From Candidatus Sericytochromatia bacterium (GTDB lineage Bacteria; Cyanobacteriota; Sericytochromatia; S15B-MN24; UBA4093), in contig JAKFBU010000027.1 of assembly GCA_036676985.1 (NCBI GenBank), forward strand, positions 96,001 through 160,000: 64,000 bases of DNA, given 5' to 3'. Below are positions 37,823-47,460 of the stretch, one piece after another. Every line of letters starts with the position of its first letter. Position 1 is the first letter of the stretch. Below the pieces are notes generated by a model that saw only the letters and a program-made list of their open reading frames with translations, searched no databases and was not told where the DNA came from. Position numbers and translations under genes: made by a program.

Positions 37823-37908
37823 CATGGCGCCGGGCGGCCATTTCGTCCGGGGGCGTTATGAAGTAAGGTAAAGCGCGAAACGCTCGATCCGACGGAAGGA
37901 GGACCCGC

Positions 37909-38238
37909 ATGCCCCAGCGCCGACCCAAGCCGGACGCCATCAGCCTCGAGCGGAAACTCCAGCCCGAACCGTTGCCGCCCCTGCCCAAGAACCGCAACGG
38001 CGGCGTCCTCGACACGCAGGCGGAGCGCTCCTACCACCACGCGGGCGCCTTGCCCGATCTGAGCCACGTGGAGTGCCTGCCGCCTACTCAGGGGCCCATC
38101 AGGGAGCGCACCCAAGAGGAGGAGGAAGCCATGGAGGGCGTCATGGAAGGCCGTGGGGGCGATCCCAAGGAGGAGGCCTACCAGCCTCCGGTGGACGTGC
38201 CCTTCGGGGGCGAGGGACCGGCCGAGCGCTTCGACTAG
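37909..38238 (+). CDS. Hypothetical low-complexity protein
   Basis: AAGGAGG RBS; host-like codons. Confidence 0.65.
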   Translation: MPQRRPKPDAISLERKLQPEPLPPLPKNRNGGVLDTQAERSYHHAGALPDLSHVECLPPTQGPIRERTQEEEEAMEGVMEGRGGDPKEEAYQPPVDVPFGGEGPAERFD

Positions 38239-39350
38239 GGCTCGGCGGCCTCGGTGGGGATGAGGACCAGGGCGTTGCTGACCTCGCGGACCCAGCCCGT
38301 GGCGATCTTGGTGACGGGCTGACCCTTGATGACCATGGTCGTAGAACCGCCACCGTCCCAGTTGAGCGCCTCGACGGCCCCCAGGGACAGGAAGAGCTGG
38401 GTGACCTCGTCGAGGTTGGTGCCCATGCTGTGGCCGGGGCGCCGGCCGTCGACCGTGATCCAGACCATCTTGCCCTCGCGCGTGAGCCCGACGGCCGTGC
38501 GAGGCTCGCGACCCTTGAGGATGCTCCAGTTGAAGCCCTTAAGGGGCACCTTTTTGCCCTCGTGGACGAGCATGGGGCCTCCCTCGAGACCCTGAAGGGC
38601 CTCGTTCCAGGGGTAGCCGAGCCCCGTGGCGTTCTGCACCGGGGTCTGGTCGGGCTCCGGGGTGGGGGCCGCCTGGGCCGTCTGACGGCGGACGACGGTG
38701 CCGAGGGCGAGCATGGTCCGGGCCATGAGGCCCTGGGGCGGCTCGCTGGGCGCGACGGCCACCGGGGCGTCCGGCGTGCTCAGGGCTGCGAGACGGTCGA
38801 GCTGCAGGGCGCTCGCGGCGTCGCGTTTGCGCGAGGGCATCCCGAAGAAGACGCGTCCGTCCGGCATGATGCCGAGGGCGGGCCGATCGCCGCGGGCCGC
38901 GTTCACGAGCGCCCCCTCGGAGAGCACCAGGCCGATGGGGTCGCCGTTGGTCTTGCGAACCTTGAACTCGAAGTAGCTGCCGTTGATGGCCGCGAGCGCT
39001 CCCGTCTTGTTCGCGATGCGTCGAGTCGATTCCCGGTAGCTCGGAGCCTTGCCCTTGGCCTGGATGACGGCGACGCGGTAGCGTTCGTCCCGGGGATCGA
39101 ACTCCAGGACGTTCGCGAAGAGCGGGGCCTTCCAGCGGGGCGATTGGCCCGAGTACTGACGCCAGCGCACGCCCGGCGCGATCTCGCGGTCGGAGACCAG
39201 CGGGACGGGAGGCGCCACGGGGGCCACCGGCGGCATGGTCGGGCGCGGCGTCGCAGCCGGCCGCGTGGCCTCGTTGGTGGGCGCCTGGCAGCCCGCGATC
39301 ACGAGCAGGCTCAGGAGGAGGGGGACGAACCGATCGGCTCGAAGGGGCAT
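38235..39350 (-). CDS. Phosphodiester glycosidase (NAGPA-like) lipoprotein
   Basis: IAGC lipobox; AAINGSYF, GGPMLV, EPRTAVG, VDGR, ALNWDGGGST. Confidence 0.9.
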   Translation of the reverse strand: MPLRADRFVPLLLSLLVIAGCQAPTNEATRPAATPRPTMPPVAPVAPPVPLVSDREIAPGVRWRQYSGQSPRWKAPLFANVLEFDPRDERYRVAVIQAKGKAPSYRESTRRIANKTGALAAINGSYFEFKVRKTNGDPIGLVLSEGALVNAARGDRPALGIMPDGRVFFGMPSRKRDAASALQLDRLAALSTPDAPVAVAPSEPPQGLMARTMLALGTVVRRQTAQAAPTPEPDQTPVQNATGLGYPWNEALQGLEGGPMLVHEGKKVPLKGFNWSILKGREPRTAVGLTREGKMVWITVDGRRPGHSMGTNLDEVTQLFLSLGAVEALNWDGGGSTTMVIKGQPVTKIATGWVREVSNALVLIPTEAAEP

Positions 39351-39426
39351 GAGAGTGACCTTCTAGGGGGCAATAGCGGCCACCAGACTAGCATGACCGT
39401 GACCTTTCGTCCAAGGCCCGACCGCT

Positions 39427-39831
39427 TCAGAATCCGAGGATGTGCTTGGCCTCCAAGAGCGTCTTGAAGGGGCGATCGCCGAGATCCGGGTTCAAGTCCG
39501 GGTGGAAGAGCTTGGACAGGAGCCGGAAGGCCTTCTGAGCCTCCTCCATGGAAGCGTCGGGCGGCAGGTGCAGGACGCCGCGCGCCCAGGCGCGGTCGTC
39601 GGGCCGGATGCCGAAGGCCTCGGCAAGCGCCGGATCCCCGCCCGCTTCGCTCCAGCCCTTTCGGTAGCCTATCTTGTAGCCGTCGAAATAGCCTTCCTCC
39701 TTGCCCTCGGCAAAGCCGTCGTGCCAGGCGGCATTGACCTCCTCGGCGCAGCGGCGACGCTCCTCGCGGCGCACGAAATCGACGGCCTGCCGGAGCTTGG
39801 CGTCGGGATCGGGCTCGGAGCGGCGGGGCAT
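39427..39831 (-). CDS. Short J-domain protein with GxxxG repeats
   Basis: AWHDGFAEGKEEGYFDGYKIGYRKG; KAFRLLSKLFHPDLN. Confidence 0.8.
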   Translation of the reverse strand: MPRRSEPDPDAKLRQAVDFVRREERRRCAEEVNAAWHDGFAEGKEEGYFDGYKIGYRKGWSEAGGDPALAEAFGIRPDDRAWARGVLHLPPDASMEEAQKAFRLLSKLFHPDLNPDLGDRPFKTLLEAKHILGF

Positions 39832-39834
39832 GGA

Positions 39835-41364
39835 TCACTCTCCTTGGGGAGCGGCGGCAAGCTGGCCCGGCGTTCCCTTGGGCATTGCGAACGACAGGGC
39901 GAGCGCCATGACGGAGATGGCGAGCATCAGCCAGAAGATGGCATGCAGGCTCGACCCCAGGGCGTCCCGCAGCGCGGCCTCCAGGGCGGGCGGCATGGTG
40001 GCGCGCGCGGCGGCATCCAGGATGCTCTGGGGGTGGGCGACGGCCTGCTCGTAGGCCTTGGCGAGCGTCGGATCCGCCTGGAAGGACGGCGCCTTCTCGG
40101 CCAGGAGCTTGGTGAAGAGGCCCAGCTGGATGCCCCCGAAGACGCTCATGCCAAGCGTGCCGCCGACGCTGCGCAGGAGCTGTACGGTCGAAGTGGCGGA
40201 ACCCAGCTGACGCTTATCCACGGAGCTCTGGACGGCGAGCATGGTCGTCGTCACGACAAAGCCCATGCCGAGGCCCATCAGGATCAGGTCCCGGCCCACC
40301 TGGATGGGCGTGGTGTTCGAGGGCTCGAAGGCCAGGCACAGGAAGCCGACGGCGAGGGTGGCGGCACCCGCCACCGTGAGCAGCCGGAAGCCCAACCGGT
40401 TGATGAGCTGACCGCAGACGGTGGAGCCCGTGACCCAGCCCACCGAGATCATGGTGAGCACGGTGCCCGTGACGGTGGCATTGGCCCCGAGCACCCCCTG
40501 CACGAAGAGGGGCAGGAAGTTGGAGGCCGAGAAGAGGGCAGCCCCTGCCAGGAGGCCCAGGGTGACGGAGGTGCGGAACGTGCCCTGGGAGAAGAGGTGG
40601 ACCGGGATCAGCGGATCCTCGGTCCGCCGCTCGTGCCAGAGGAAGGTGGCGATGGAGGTCACGCCCACCGCGAGCGATCCGAGGGTCAAGGGCGTGACCT
40701 GGCGCTGGCCGAGCTCCATGAGGGCGAAGAGGGTCGCGATCGAGCCGACGGCGAAGAGCGCCGAGCCCAGGTAGTCGATCTTGGGCTGGGCATGGGCATG
40801 GCGCGGCAGGTGCAGGTAGCGGGCGATGAGCACGAGGGCCACGATGCCGATGGGCACGTTGAGGTAGAAGGCCCAGCGCCAGGAGGCGAAGTTGACGAGG
40901 AAGCCGCCGACGGCCGGTCCCACCACCGACGAGATGCCCCACATGGAGCTCAGGAGGCCCTGCATGCGGCCCCGCTCCTCGGGGCTGAAGATGAGGCCGA
41001 AGACGATGAAGCTCATTACCAGGAGGCCGCCTGCCCCGATACCCTGGACGGCCCGAGCGAGCACGAGCTGGGGCATGGTCTGGGCCGCGCCGCAGAGGGC
41101 CGAGCCAACGAGGAAGACGGCGATCGCCGTGATGACGAAGCGACGGTGCCCGAAGAGGTCCGATAGCTTGCCGTAGAGGGGCGTGACGACCATGGAGGCC
41201 AGCATGAAGGCGGTGGCCACCCACGGATAGAGGTCGAGGCCGCCCACGTCGGCGATGACCGTCGGCATGATGGTGCCGACGATCGTGCCGTCCAGGGCGG
41301 CCAGGAACATGCTGAGGAGGATGCCGAAAACGACGAGGCGGCGATCGGTGGGTGAAATGTCCAT
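39835..41364 (-). CDS. MFS drug:H+ antiporter (DHA2, 14 TM)
   Basis: FLAALDGTIV, GKLSDLFGHRR, ARAVQGIGAG, WRWAFYLNVPIG. Confidence 0.95.
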   Translation of the reverse strand: MDISPTDRRLVVFGILLSMFLAALDGTIVGTIMPTVIADVGGLDLYPWVATAFMLASMVVTPLYGKLSDLFGHRRFVITAIAVFLVGSALCGAAQTMPQLVLARAVQGIGAGGLLVMSFIVFGLIFSPEERGRMQGLLSSMWGISSVVGPAVGGFLVNFASWRWAFYLNVPIGIVALVLIARYLHLPRHAHAQPKIDYLGSALFAVGSIATLFALMELGQRQVTPLTLGSLAVGVTSIATFLWHERRTEDPLIPVHLFSQGTFRTSVTLGLLAGAALFSASNFLPLFVQGVLGANATVTGTVLTMISVGWVTGSTVCGQLINRLGFRLLTVAGAATLAVGFLCLAFEPSNTTPIQVGRDLILMGLGMGFVVTTTMLAVQSSVDKRQLGSATSTVQLLRSVGGTLGMSVFGGIQLGLFTKLLAEKAPSFQADPTLAKAYEQAVAHPQSILDAAARATMPPALEAALRDALGSSLHAIFWLMLAISVMALALSFAMPKGTPGQLAAAPQGE

Positions 41365-41406
41365 CCGACCACCTTAGCGGGGGTCGAATGGCCTGTCAAA
41401 CGCCAT

Positions 41407-41739
41407 CTAGCCGTTTTTACGGACCCATGTCTCCAGATCCAGCACCACGGGCTGGCGCGTACGCTTCGTGTGGTCCAAGAAGGCTTCCTTGATGCCGCTG
41501 TCCACCAGCTCCTCGGTGAGCTCCTTGACGCCATCGGTGCCCTCGAGGAACAGCACCTTGAAGTCGGGCTTGCCGATGGCCTGGCGGTACTCGTCGGCCT
41601 TGTCGGCGCTCGTGAAGTAGAGGGCCACGGGCACGCCTTCCTTGTCCTTGGCGACCATGTAGCCTTCTTCGTCGGGGGTGACGAGGGTGTAGATGCCCTT
41701 GGTCACGTCGAAGCCCTTGGGTTTTTCGTTCGCTGCCAT
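41407..41739 (-). CDS. Hypothetical protein
   Basis: AAGGAGG RBS; strong host codon bias. Confidence 0.75.
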   Translation of the reverse strand: MAANEKPKGFDVTKGIYTLVTPDEEGYMVAKDKEGVPVALYFTSADKADEYRQAIGKPDFKVLFLEGTDGVKELTEELVDSGIKEAFLDHTKRTRQPVVLDLETWVRKNG

Positions 41740-41882
41740 GTCCACCTCCTTCGGAAACACCGCCTCCAGTGAACCACCAGGCAGGCCTTCCGGGCACATC
41801 AAGCTGGACGAGGAGCGTCGTGCATGCTGCCCAAAGGCGCTATAATGCAAGCCGCATCCCCCTTTTCCGCCCTGGAGCCCGC

Positions 41883-42716
41883 ATGCCGAGGAGGTTCGGG
41901 TGGTTCCGCCGTCCGGAGCCGCCCATGCCGATGGTTCGACCCACCGAGTTCCCGCTCACGTTCGAGGGGGTGCTGGCGGATGCCGTCGAGCGCAACCCTG
42001 CCGTCAATCCGCTCGCCGACACCATGAACCGGGCCCGCGACCTGGTGCCGGGGGCGGACAACATGGGCCGGACCCGGGACGAGCACGACCTCTTCCACTT
42101 GATCGACGGGCTCAGCGACGCGGTGGTCAAGACCTATCCGCAGAGCCAGTGCTTCGACGGCTGCGGTCGCTGCTGCAACTATCCGACGGCCTTCTTCGAC
42201 ATCTTCCCGGAGGAGTGGGCGCTCGTCCACGAGCACCTCGAGACGCAGTGGACCCCGGAGCGCCGCCAGGCCATGGTGGAGCGGTTCTGGGCGGATCACG
42301 GCCCGCGCATGTGGGTCGTCCGGATCTTCGAGTGGTTCCAGTCCGTCAACCTCCCCATCTTCCCGACCCGCAAGGTGCTGCCGCTCGCCTGCCCGCTGCT
42401 CGTGAACAACCGCTGCTCGGTCTGGGAGGCGCGGCCGTTGCCGTGCCGGACCTACGGGCAGTTCACGGCCAAGGTCTCCCCCTGGAGCCAGCCGCACATC
42501 TACGCGTGCGCGGAGCAGGGCGGGGCCCTCGGGGACGCGCTCCAGCAGGAGGGACTCCAGGTGATGCTGCCGGACGTGTCTCCGGTCATGATCAAGCAGC
42601 TGTCCTTCGTGTCGGGTCGCAAGCGCGTCATGGCGAGCTGGATCGCCCGCCACTACCCGCGTCCGGGTCGGCGCTGGAGCCTCCGGCGCCTCTGGGAGGC
42701 CGTCCGACCCCGCTAG
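41883..42716 (+). CDS. YkgJ family cysteine-cluster (Zn/Fe-S) protein
   Basis: CFDGCGRCC...CPLL...CSVWEARPLPCRTYG. Confidence 0.85.
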   Translation: MPRRFGWFRRPEPPMPMVRPTEFPLTFEGVLADAVERNPAVNPLADTMNRARDLVPGADNMGRTRDEHDLFHLIDGLSDAVVKTYPQSQCFDGCGRCCNYPTAFFDIFPEEWALVHEHLETQWTPERRQAMVERFWADHGPRMWVVRIFEWFQSVNLPIFPTRKVLPLACPLLVNNRCSVWEARPLPCRTYGQFTAKVSPWSQPHIYACAEQGGALGDALQQEGLQVMLPDVSPVMIKQLSFVSGRKRVMASWIARHYPRPGRRWSLRRLWEAVRPR

Positions 42717-42812
42717 CTCAGCCCTGCAACAAGCCGTTGTGCCGTTGTGACGAATTGTTACTATGGACCCACCAGACGATGGGCCCGCTGCGGGGCCCAG
42801 AAAGGGGGACCT

Positions 42813-43082
42813 ATGGAGTGGCTCGTCGGATTTGCCGGCCTCTGGGTGCTCTTCCAGTGGATCATTCCCATTGCGCTCCTGGTGGGCATCGGCGTGTGGG
42901 CCATGCGCGTCGCACAGCGCCGCAACCGCGGCCAGGAGGCGACCTTCTCGAGCGCCATGCCCGAGGAGCGACACGCACAGGAACGAGACTACCAGGACGT
43001 GTACTGGCCCCTGGATCCGGAGGCCTCGTCGGATCGAGACGCGCACCTGCACGTTCCGGGGCGCCACGATCAACTACGTTAA
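42813..43082 (+). CDS. Small membrane protein
   Basis: N-terminal hydrophobic segment; purine-rich RBS. Confidence 0.6.
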   Translation: MEWLVGFAGLWVLFQWIIPIALLVGIGVWAMRVAQRRNRGQEATFSSAMPEERHAQERDYQDVYWPLDPEASSDRDAHLHVPGRHDQLR

Positions 43083-43202
43083 CCATTAAGCACGTTACCT
43101 AAAAACCAGGCGTGCGAGCGGTCGGGATCGGTTGGTCTCGACCGCTCGGCGGGTACATGGACCTGGATCTCGCTGTTGCACACCGAAAGGACGAGGCTTG
43201 TC

Positions 43203-44309
43203 GTGCGTCGGATCCTGACGCTCTGGGCCATGGTGGTGACGTGGCTATCCGGCAGCGCTCTCGCCCGGCCCGTCGACGCCCAGTCGCTGCCCACCTGCGC
43301 CGCGTGCCGTGAGCCCATCACGAGCACCTACATCCAGTACGGGCGGCAGCTGTACCACCCGCAGCACTTCACGTGCGCGGCATGTCAGCGGCCCATCGGC
43401 AACAAGGGCTATGTCCCGTATCAGGGCAAGCCCTATCATCAGGCTTGCTATGCCGAGGCCTTCGCGGAGCGCTGCGGGGTATGCGAGAAGCCGCTCGTCG
43501 GCCGCTACATCCAGAAGGACGGCCAGTCCTATCACGAGGCGTGTTATCAACAGGCGCTCGCGGAGAAGTGCTCGGTGTGCCTCCAGGGCATCACGGGCCA
43601 GTACTTCAAGGACGCCTGGGGCAACGTCTACCATGCGGCCCATCAGCGCCAGGCACCCACGTGCGAGTATTGCAGCCGGATCATCACGCCCCGGACGTCC
43701 TCGGGGGGGTACACCTACAACGATGGCCGCAGCGTCTGCGGCCTCTGCCACCGGACCCAGGTCTCGGGGGACGTCATCGCCCAGCCGATCGTCGAGTCCG
43801 TTCGCGATCGCATGGCCGAGTGGGGCCTGGTGGTCCCGAAGGAGGCGGCCCCGGTCATCCTGGTGGACCGTGCGACGCTGCGCAAGCTCTTGCGGCGCAC
43901 GGGGCATCCGGGCGGCCCCAACGTCAACGGCTTCACGTCGGTGTTGACCGAAAAGCGGGGCAACCAGATCGTCAAGCGCGAGATGGCGGTGTACGTGCTC
44001 TTCGGCATGCCGCGCGAGATCTTCGAGGGGACGGTCGCCCACGAGCTCACGCACGTGTGGATCAACCTCAACAACGGCCGTCGTTTGGATCCGGCCTTCG
44101 AAGAGGGCAGCTGCAACTACATGAAGTACCTGATCCACGCGAACTCGGAGAGCGAGCTTGCGTCTTACGCCATCAAGGCCATGCAGCAGGATCAGGATCC
44201 CGCGTACGGAGCGGGTTTCCGTCGGGTCAAGAACCTGGTGGACCGCCGGGGGCGCGAGGAGCTGTACGCGCTGCTGGGGCGTAGTACGGGGTTTCCCCTC
44301 GGGTACTAG
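43203..44309 (+). CDS. Secreted LIM-like zinc-finger plus DA1-like zinc metallopeptidase
   Basis: Signal peptide; five CxxC...H/C fingers; VLFGMP...AHELTHVW, FEEGSC, DPAYGAGFR. Confidence 0.85.
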   Translation: MRRILTLWAMVVTWLSGSALARPVDAQSLPTCAACREPITSTYIQYGRQLYHPQHFTCAACQRPIGNKGYVPYQGKPYHQACYAEAFAERCGVCEKPLVGRYIQKDGQSYHEACYQQALAEKCSVCLQGITGQYFKDAWGNVYHAAHQRQAPTCEYCSRIITPRTSSGGYTYNDGRSVCGLCHRTQVSGDVIAQPIVESVRDRMAEWGLVVPKEAAPVILVDRATLRKLLRRTGHPGGPNVNGFTSVLTEKRGNQIVKREMAVYVLFGMPREIFEGTVAHELTHVWINLNNGRRLDPAFEEGSCNYMKYLIHANSESELASYAIKAMQQDQDPAYGAGFRRVKNLVDRRGREELYALLGRSTGFPLGY

Positions 44310-44345
44310 CGGCCGGTCTGGCGTGACGTCACCGGGGTCCCTACG

Positions 44346-44456
44346 CTGGATTCCCGCTTCCGCGGGAATGACGGGAGCGGTCAATCGGGTCTACTGAAGG
44401 ATGCTTCCCACCGGTAAGTCAGCGCTCCCGTCACCCTCGCGAACGCGGGGGTCCAG
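44346..44456. repeat. Inverted doublet of CGTC-type REP elements
   Basis: 44346-44379 reverse complement CGCTCCCGTCATTCCCGCGGAAGCGGGAATCCAG versus 44423-44456 CGCTCCCGTCACCCTCGCGAACGCGGGGGTCCAG. Confidence 0.8.
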
Positions 44457-44516
44457 GGTGATGCCATCCGGCCGTTGCTGCGAGGGATGCCGTGCTCCCG
44501 AAACAGGAGCTGAGCG

Positions 44517-45098
44517 TTACCAGAGGTTCCGCGAGCCCTGCTTCAGGTGGTAGTACGCCAGGAGCTTGTGGGCGCTGATGGAGGTCTGGAGCTTCTTCGG
44601 CACGCCGTGCACGTCACGGGGATTGCCGGGGTTCACGCCGAAGGTCACGTGGGGATCGTCGCCAGAATAGGCGATGCCGAGCCCGTCGAGCGCCGTGCGG
44701 GACTCCTCGCAGCCCCGGACCGTGAAGTAAGCGACTTGCCGGTTGGCGACGCCATAGCCGTCGAGGTACAGGTAGGCATCCTGCCCGCGGAACCGCTGGG
44801 CGAGCTTCTCGGCCTGATGGGGGGCGAGCTTCTTGAAGTACCCGACCGTCACGTGGAGCTCGTCGCCCTTGCGGGGCGGAATGGCATGCGAGAGGTCCAC
44901 GAAGCCCAGCTGCCGGCGCAGGCGGCTGGCCGTGTCGGCCACCTGCGGGCTCGGCTCGAACGTGAGGGCCAGATAGGAGCCCGAGTAATCGGCCGCCGAG
45001 ACGCGCGGCGTGGGGCTGGACGCGGGCAGGAGCGCGGCATGGCCGCAGCCCGTCAGGAGCAAGAGGGACAAACCAACCGAGAGCAGCCGAGTCAACAT
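44517..45098 (-). CDS. Lipoprotein with 2H-phosphoesterase fold
   Basis: LLTGC lipobox; two HxT motifs, LHVTV and PHVTF. Confidence 0.7.
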   Translation of the reverse strand: MLTRLLSVGLSLLLLTGCGHAALLPASSPTPRVSAADYSGSYLALTFEPSPQVADTASRLRRQLGFVDLSHAIPPRKGDELHVTVGYFKKLAPHQAEKLAQRFRGQDAYLYLDGYGVANRQVAYFTVRGCEESRTALDGLGIAYSGDDPHVTFGVNPGNPRDVHGVPKKLQTSISAHKLLAYYHLKQGSRNLW

Positions 45099-45325
45099 GA
45101 CGTACTTCCTAGCGTGAGCGGGTTTCGGCGGTTTCGGCTGGCGTAGCTTCGGTGATCCGTTCGGTTATCCCTGAGTGATTATTCGTTTCTTGTTCCAATC
45201 TTAATCAAAATTTCACGGATTCTCAAGTCTCTCGCGAGCCGGGAGCCATGACCGATGAACTCCAGCTTGCTCGCCGTTGCGGAGGGCCGGGCGGAGGGAG
45301 ACCATGGGGCCAGGAGGTGCAGGCG

Positions 45326-46075
45326 ATGCGTTGGGCCTGGTGGTTAGGGTCGCTGCTGGCGGCCGGATGTTCGATCCCCTGGCAAGGGCAGCCGCCGCCT
45401 GCGGTGCCGGCCGCGGCGGAGCCGACCAAGCTCTACGGACGCCCGCTCGAGCTCGTCAAGGATACCCGCCTGGTGCCGACCCCTCAGGGGACGGCGAGCG
45501 TGACGGCCATCGCCTTCGATCGCGACGTCATCCCGGGGGTGGCTCAGGTGGAGCTCAACGACTGCGGCCCGGCCGCCATCGCCACGCTGCTCGGGTTCTA
45601 CGGCATCCGGCCCCAGGGCGATCCGGATCCGCTGTTGGCCGTCAAGCGGCAAATGCCGCCCAGGCAGTGGGGGACGACCCTCGAAGAAGCCAACGACTAC
45701 CTGAACCGCACAGGGGCCCTGTGGTCCAAGCCCTTCCGAGATGGAACGCTCGACGCCCTCATGGCGATCGTGCAGGACGGGCGGCCGGTGCCGGTCGTGG
45801 TGACGCTCGACGGCAATCTGACGCGGATGCACTGGCTCTTGGTGGTGGGGCTCGCGAGAACGGCGGGGGGCGATCGCTTCGTGCTCTGCAAGAATCCGTC
45901 GGAGCCGGATCCCTTGGCCATTACAGCCTATTCCGAGCCCGTCTTCATGGAGGCCTGGGAGAACAGCCCGCTGCGCTCCCAGTGGTGGAGCAGCCTCCTG
46001 GGCGGGGTGACGGAGAGTCATCCTCAGAGCTACAGGCGCCCCTACCTGGACGTAGGGGCGCTCATGCCGCCGTAA
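45326..46075 (+). CDS. C39-like cysteine peptidase lipoprotein
   Basis: AAGC lipobox; QxxxNDCGPAA, GRPVPV, HWLLVVG, KNP. Confidence 0.8.
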   Translation: MRWAWWLGSLLAAGCSIPWQGQPPPAVPAAAEPTKLYGRPLELVKDTRLVPTPQGTASVTAIAFDRDVIPGVAQVELNDCGPAAIATLLGFYGIRPQGDPDPLLAVKRQMPPRQWGTTLEEANDYLNRTGALWSKPFRDGTLDALMAIVQDGRPVPVVVTLDGNLTRMHWLLVVGLARTAGGDRFVLCKNPSEPDPLAITAYSEPVFMEAWENSPLRSQWWSSLLGGVTESHPQSYRRPYLDVGALMPP

Positions 46076-46084
46076 GGCGGGAGG

Positions 46085-47245
46085 TTACAGTCCTTGCGGG
46101 ACCTGCAGGGGCTCGAAACTTCCCGTTTCGGCGATGCGCTCCTCGATCACGGCGAGGAACACCTCCACCACCTCGGGGTCCCACTGGGTCCCCGAGTAGG
46201 TCCGCAGGATCTCGAGGGCGCGCTCGCAGGAAAGCGCCGGGCGGTAGCAGCGGGTGGTGGTCATGGCGTCGAAGGCGTCGGCCACCGACACGATGCGCGC
46301 GAGCAAGGGGGTCTCGTCCTCGACCAGCCCGTCCGGATAGCCCCGGCCGTCCCAGCGCTCGTGGTGATAGAGGACCGTGGGGACGATGCCGCCGGCGCTC
46401 GGCAGGTTGCGCAGGATGCGCGCGCCGATGGTCGGATGCTCCTTGATGTGCTCGTACTCGGACTGGGTGAGCGGGCCTTCCTTGAGGAGGACCGCGTCCC
46501 GCACGCCGATCTTGCCGACGTCATGCAGGAACGCCCCCTTGTGGAGGTGACGGATCTCGCGGGGGCTGAGGCCGAAGCGCCGGCCGATGGCGACGGCGTA
46601 GTTGGCCACGCGATCGCAGTGCCCCTGCGTGTAGGGATCCTTGGCCTCGATGGCGGTCGCCAGGGTGTAGATCATCTCGTCGGCGATGCCGAGCTCGCCG
46701 GCGAGCTGGACGCTGCGGGCGGCGGTCGACGCCTGGACCGCGACGAGCTGGGCGATGGAGAGGCCGGCGTCCGCGATGGACTCGCCCTCGCCGGCCTCGA
46801 AGCAGAGCACGCCGAACACCTCACCGCCGTGCATGAGCGGCAGCGCCAGGCCGCCGCGAGAGGTGCCGTCGCGGTCGAGCGCTGGGTGGTGTCCGTCGTG
46901 GGCGACGTCCTGCGTGAAGGTGGCCGAACCCTGGTTGAACACCCAGCCGAGGACGCCCTTGCGCAGGGCGGTGGCGCGCTCGGGCACGACGACCGTGCCG
47001 AGCGCGCGATCGGCATGCCAGAGGCGATAGGTCCGATCGTCGCTCTTGATGGCAAGCACCACGCGCTCGTAGGAAAGGAAAGGGGCCGTGTGCTGGGCGA
47101 TCGCCCGTACGAGCATGGCGCCGTCGCCCGCCGCGCCGATGGCCGCGGCCAGCACGTGGAGGGCGTCCATCGCCAAGGCGTTCGGGGCGCTCAGGGCGTC
47201 GCCGAGGGGGTCACGGGGATCGGGCTCGGGAAATGGGCGCTGCAT
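46085..47245 (-). CDS. GAF plus HD-GYP cyclic-dinucleotide phosphodiesterase
   Basis: KDPYTQGHCDRV, LHDVGK, HHERWDGRGYPDG, VADAFDAM. Confidence 0.93.
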   Translation of the reverse strand: MQRPFPEPDPRDPLGDALSAPNALAMDALHVLAAAIGAAGDGAMLVRAIAQHTAPFLSYERVVLAIKSDDRTYRLWHADRALGTVVVPERATALRKGVLGWVFNQGSATFTQDVAHDGHHPALDRDGTSRGGLALPLMHGGEVFGVLCFEAGEGESIADAGLSIAQLVAVQASTAARSVQLAGELGIADEMIYTLATAIEAKDPYTQGHCDRVANYAVAIGRRFGLSPREIRHLHKGAFLHDVGKIGVRDAVLLKEGPLTQSEYEHIKEHPTIGARILRNLPSAGGIVPTVLYHHERWDGRGYPDGLVEDETPLLARIVSVADAFDAMTTTRCYRPALSCERALEILRTYSGTQWDPEVVEVFLAVIEERIAETGSFEPLQVPQGL

Positions 47246-47460
47246 GCAGCTCAAGCCATGACTTGTCGGGAGGTGTTCGGCACGGCGACCTCTTCCTAAA
47301 GAACCGAGCAACGGACCGTTCAGTTATTCCACCAAACGGCCAAGCATTAACGATCTATTTATAGACGGTAAACGGCAATGGTTGCGTGCTCCGGGGCAGA
47401 TTGCGGAAACATGTCGCGGACGCCTTGCCGCGAAGGCGCACGGCTGCTAGGATCCAGTCT

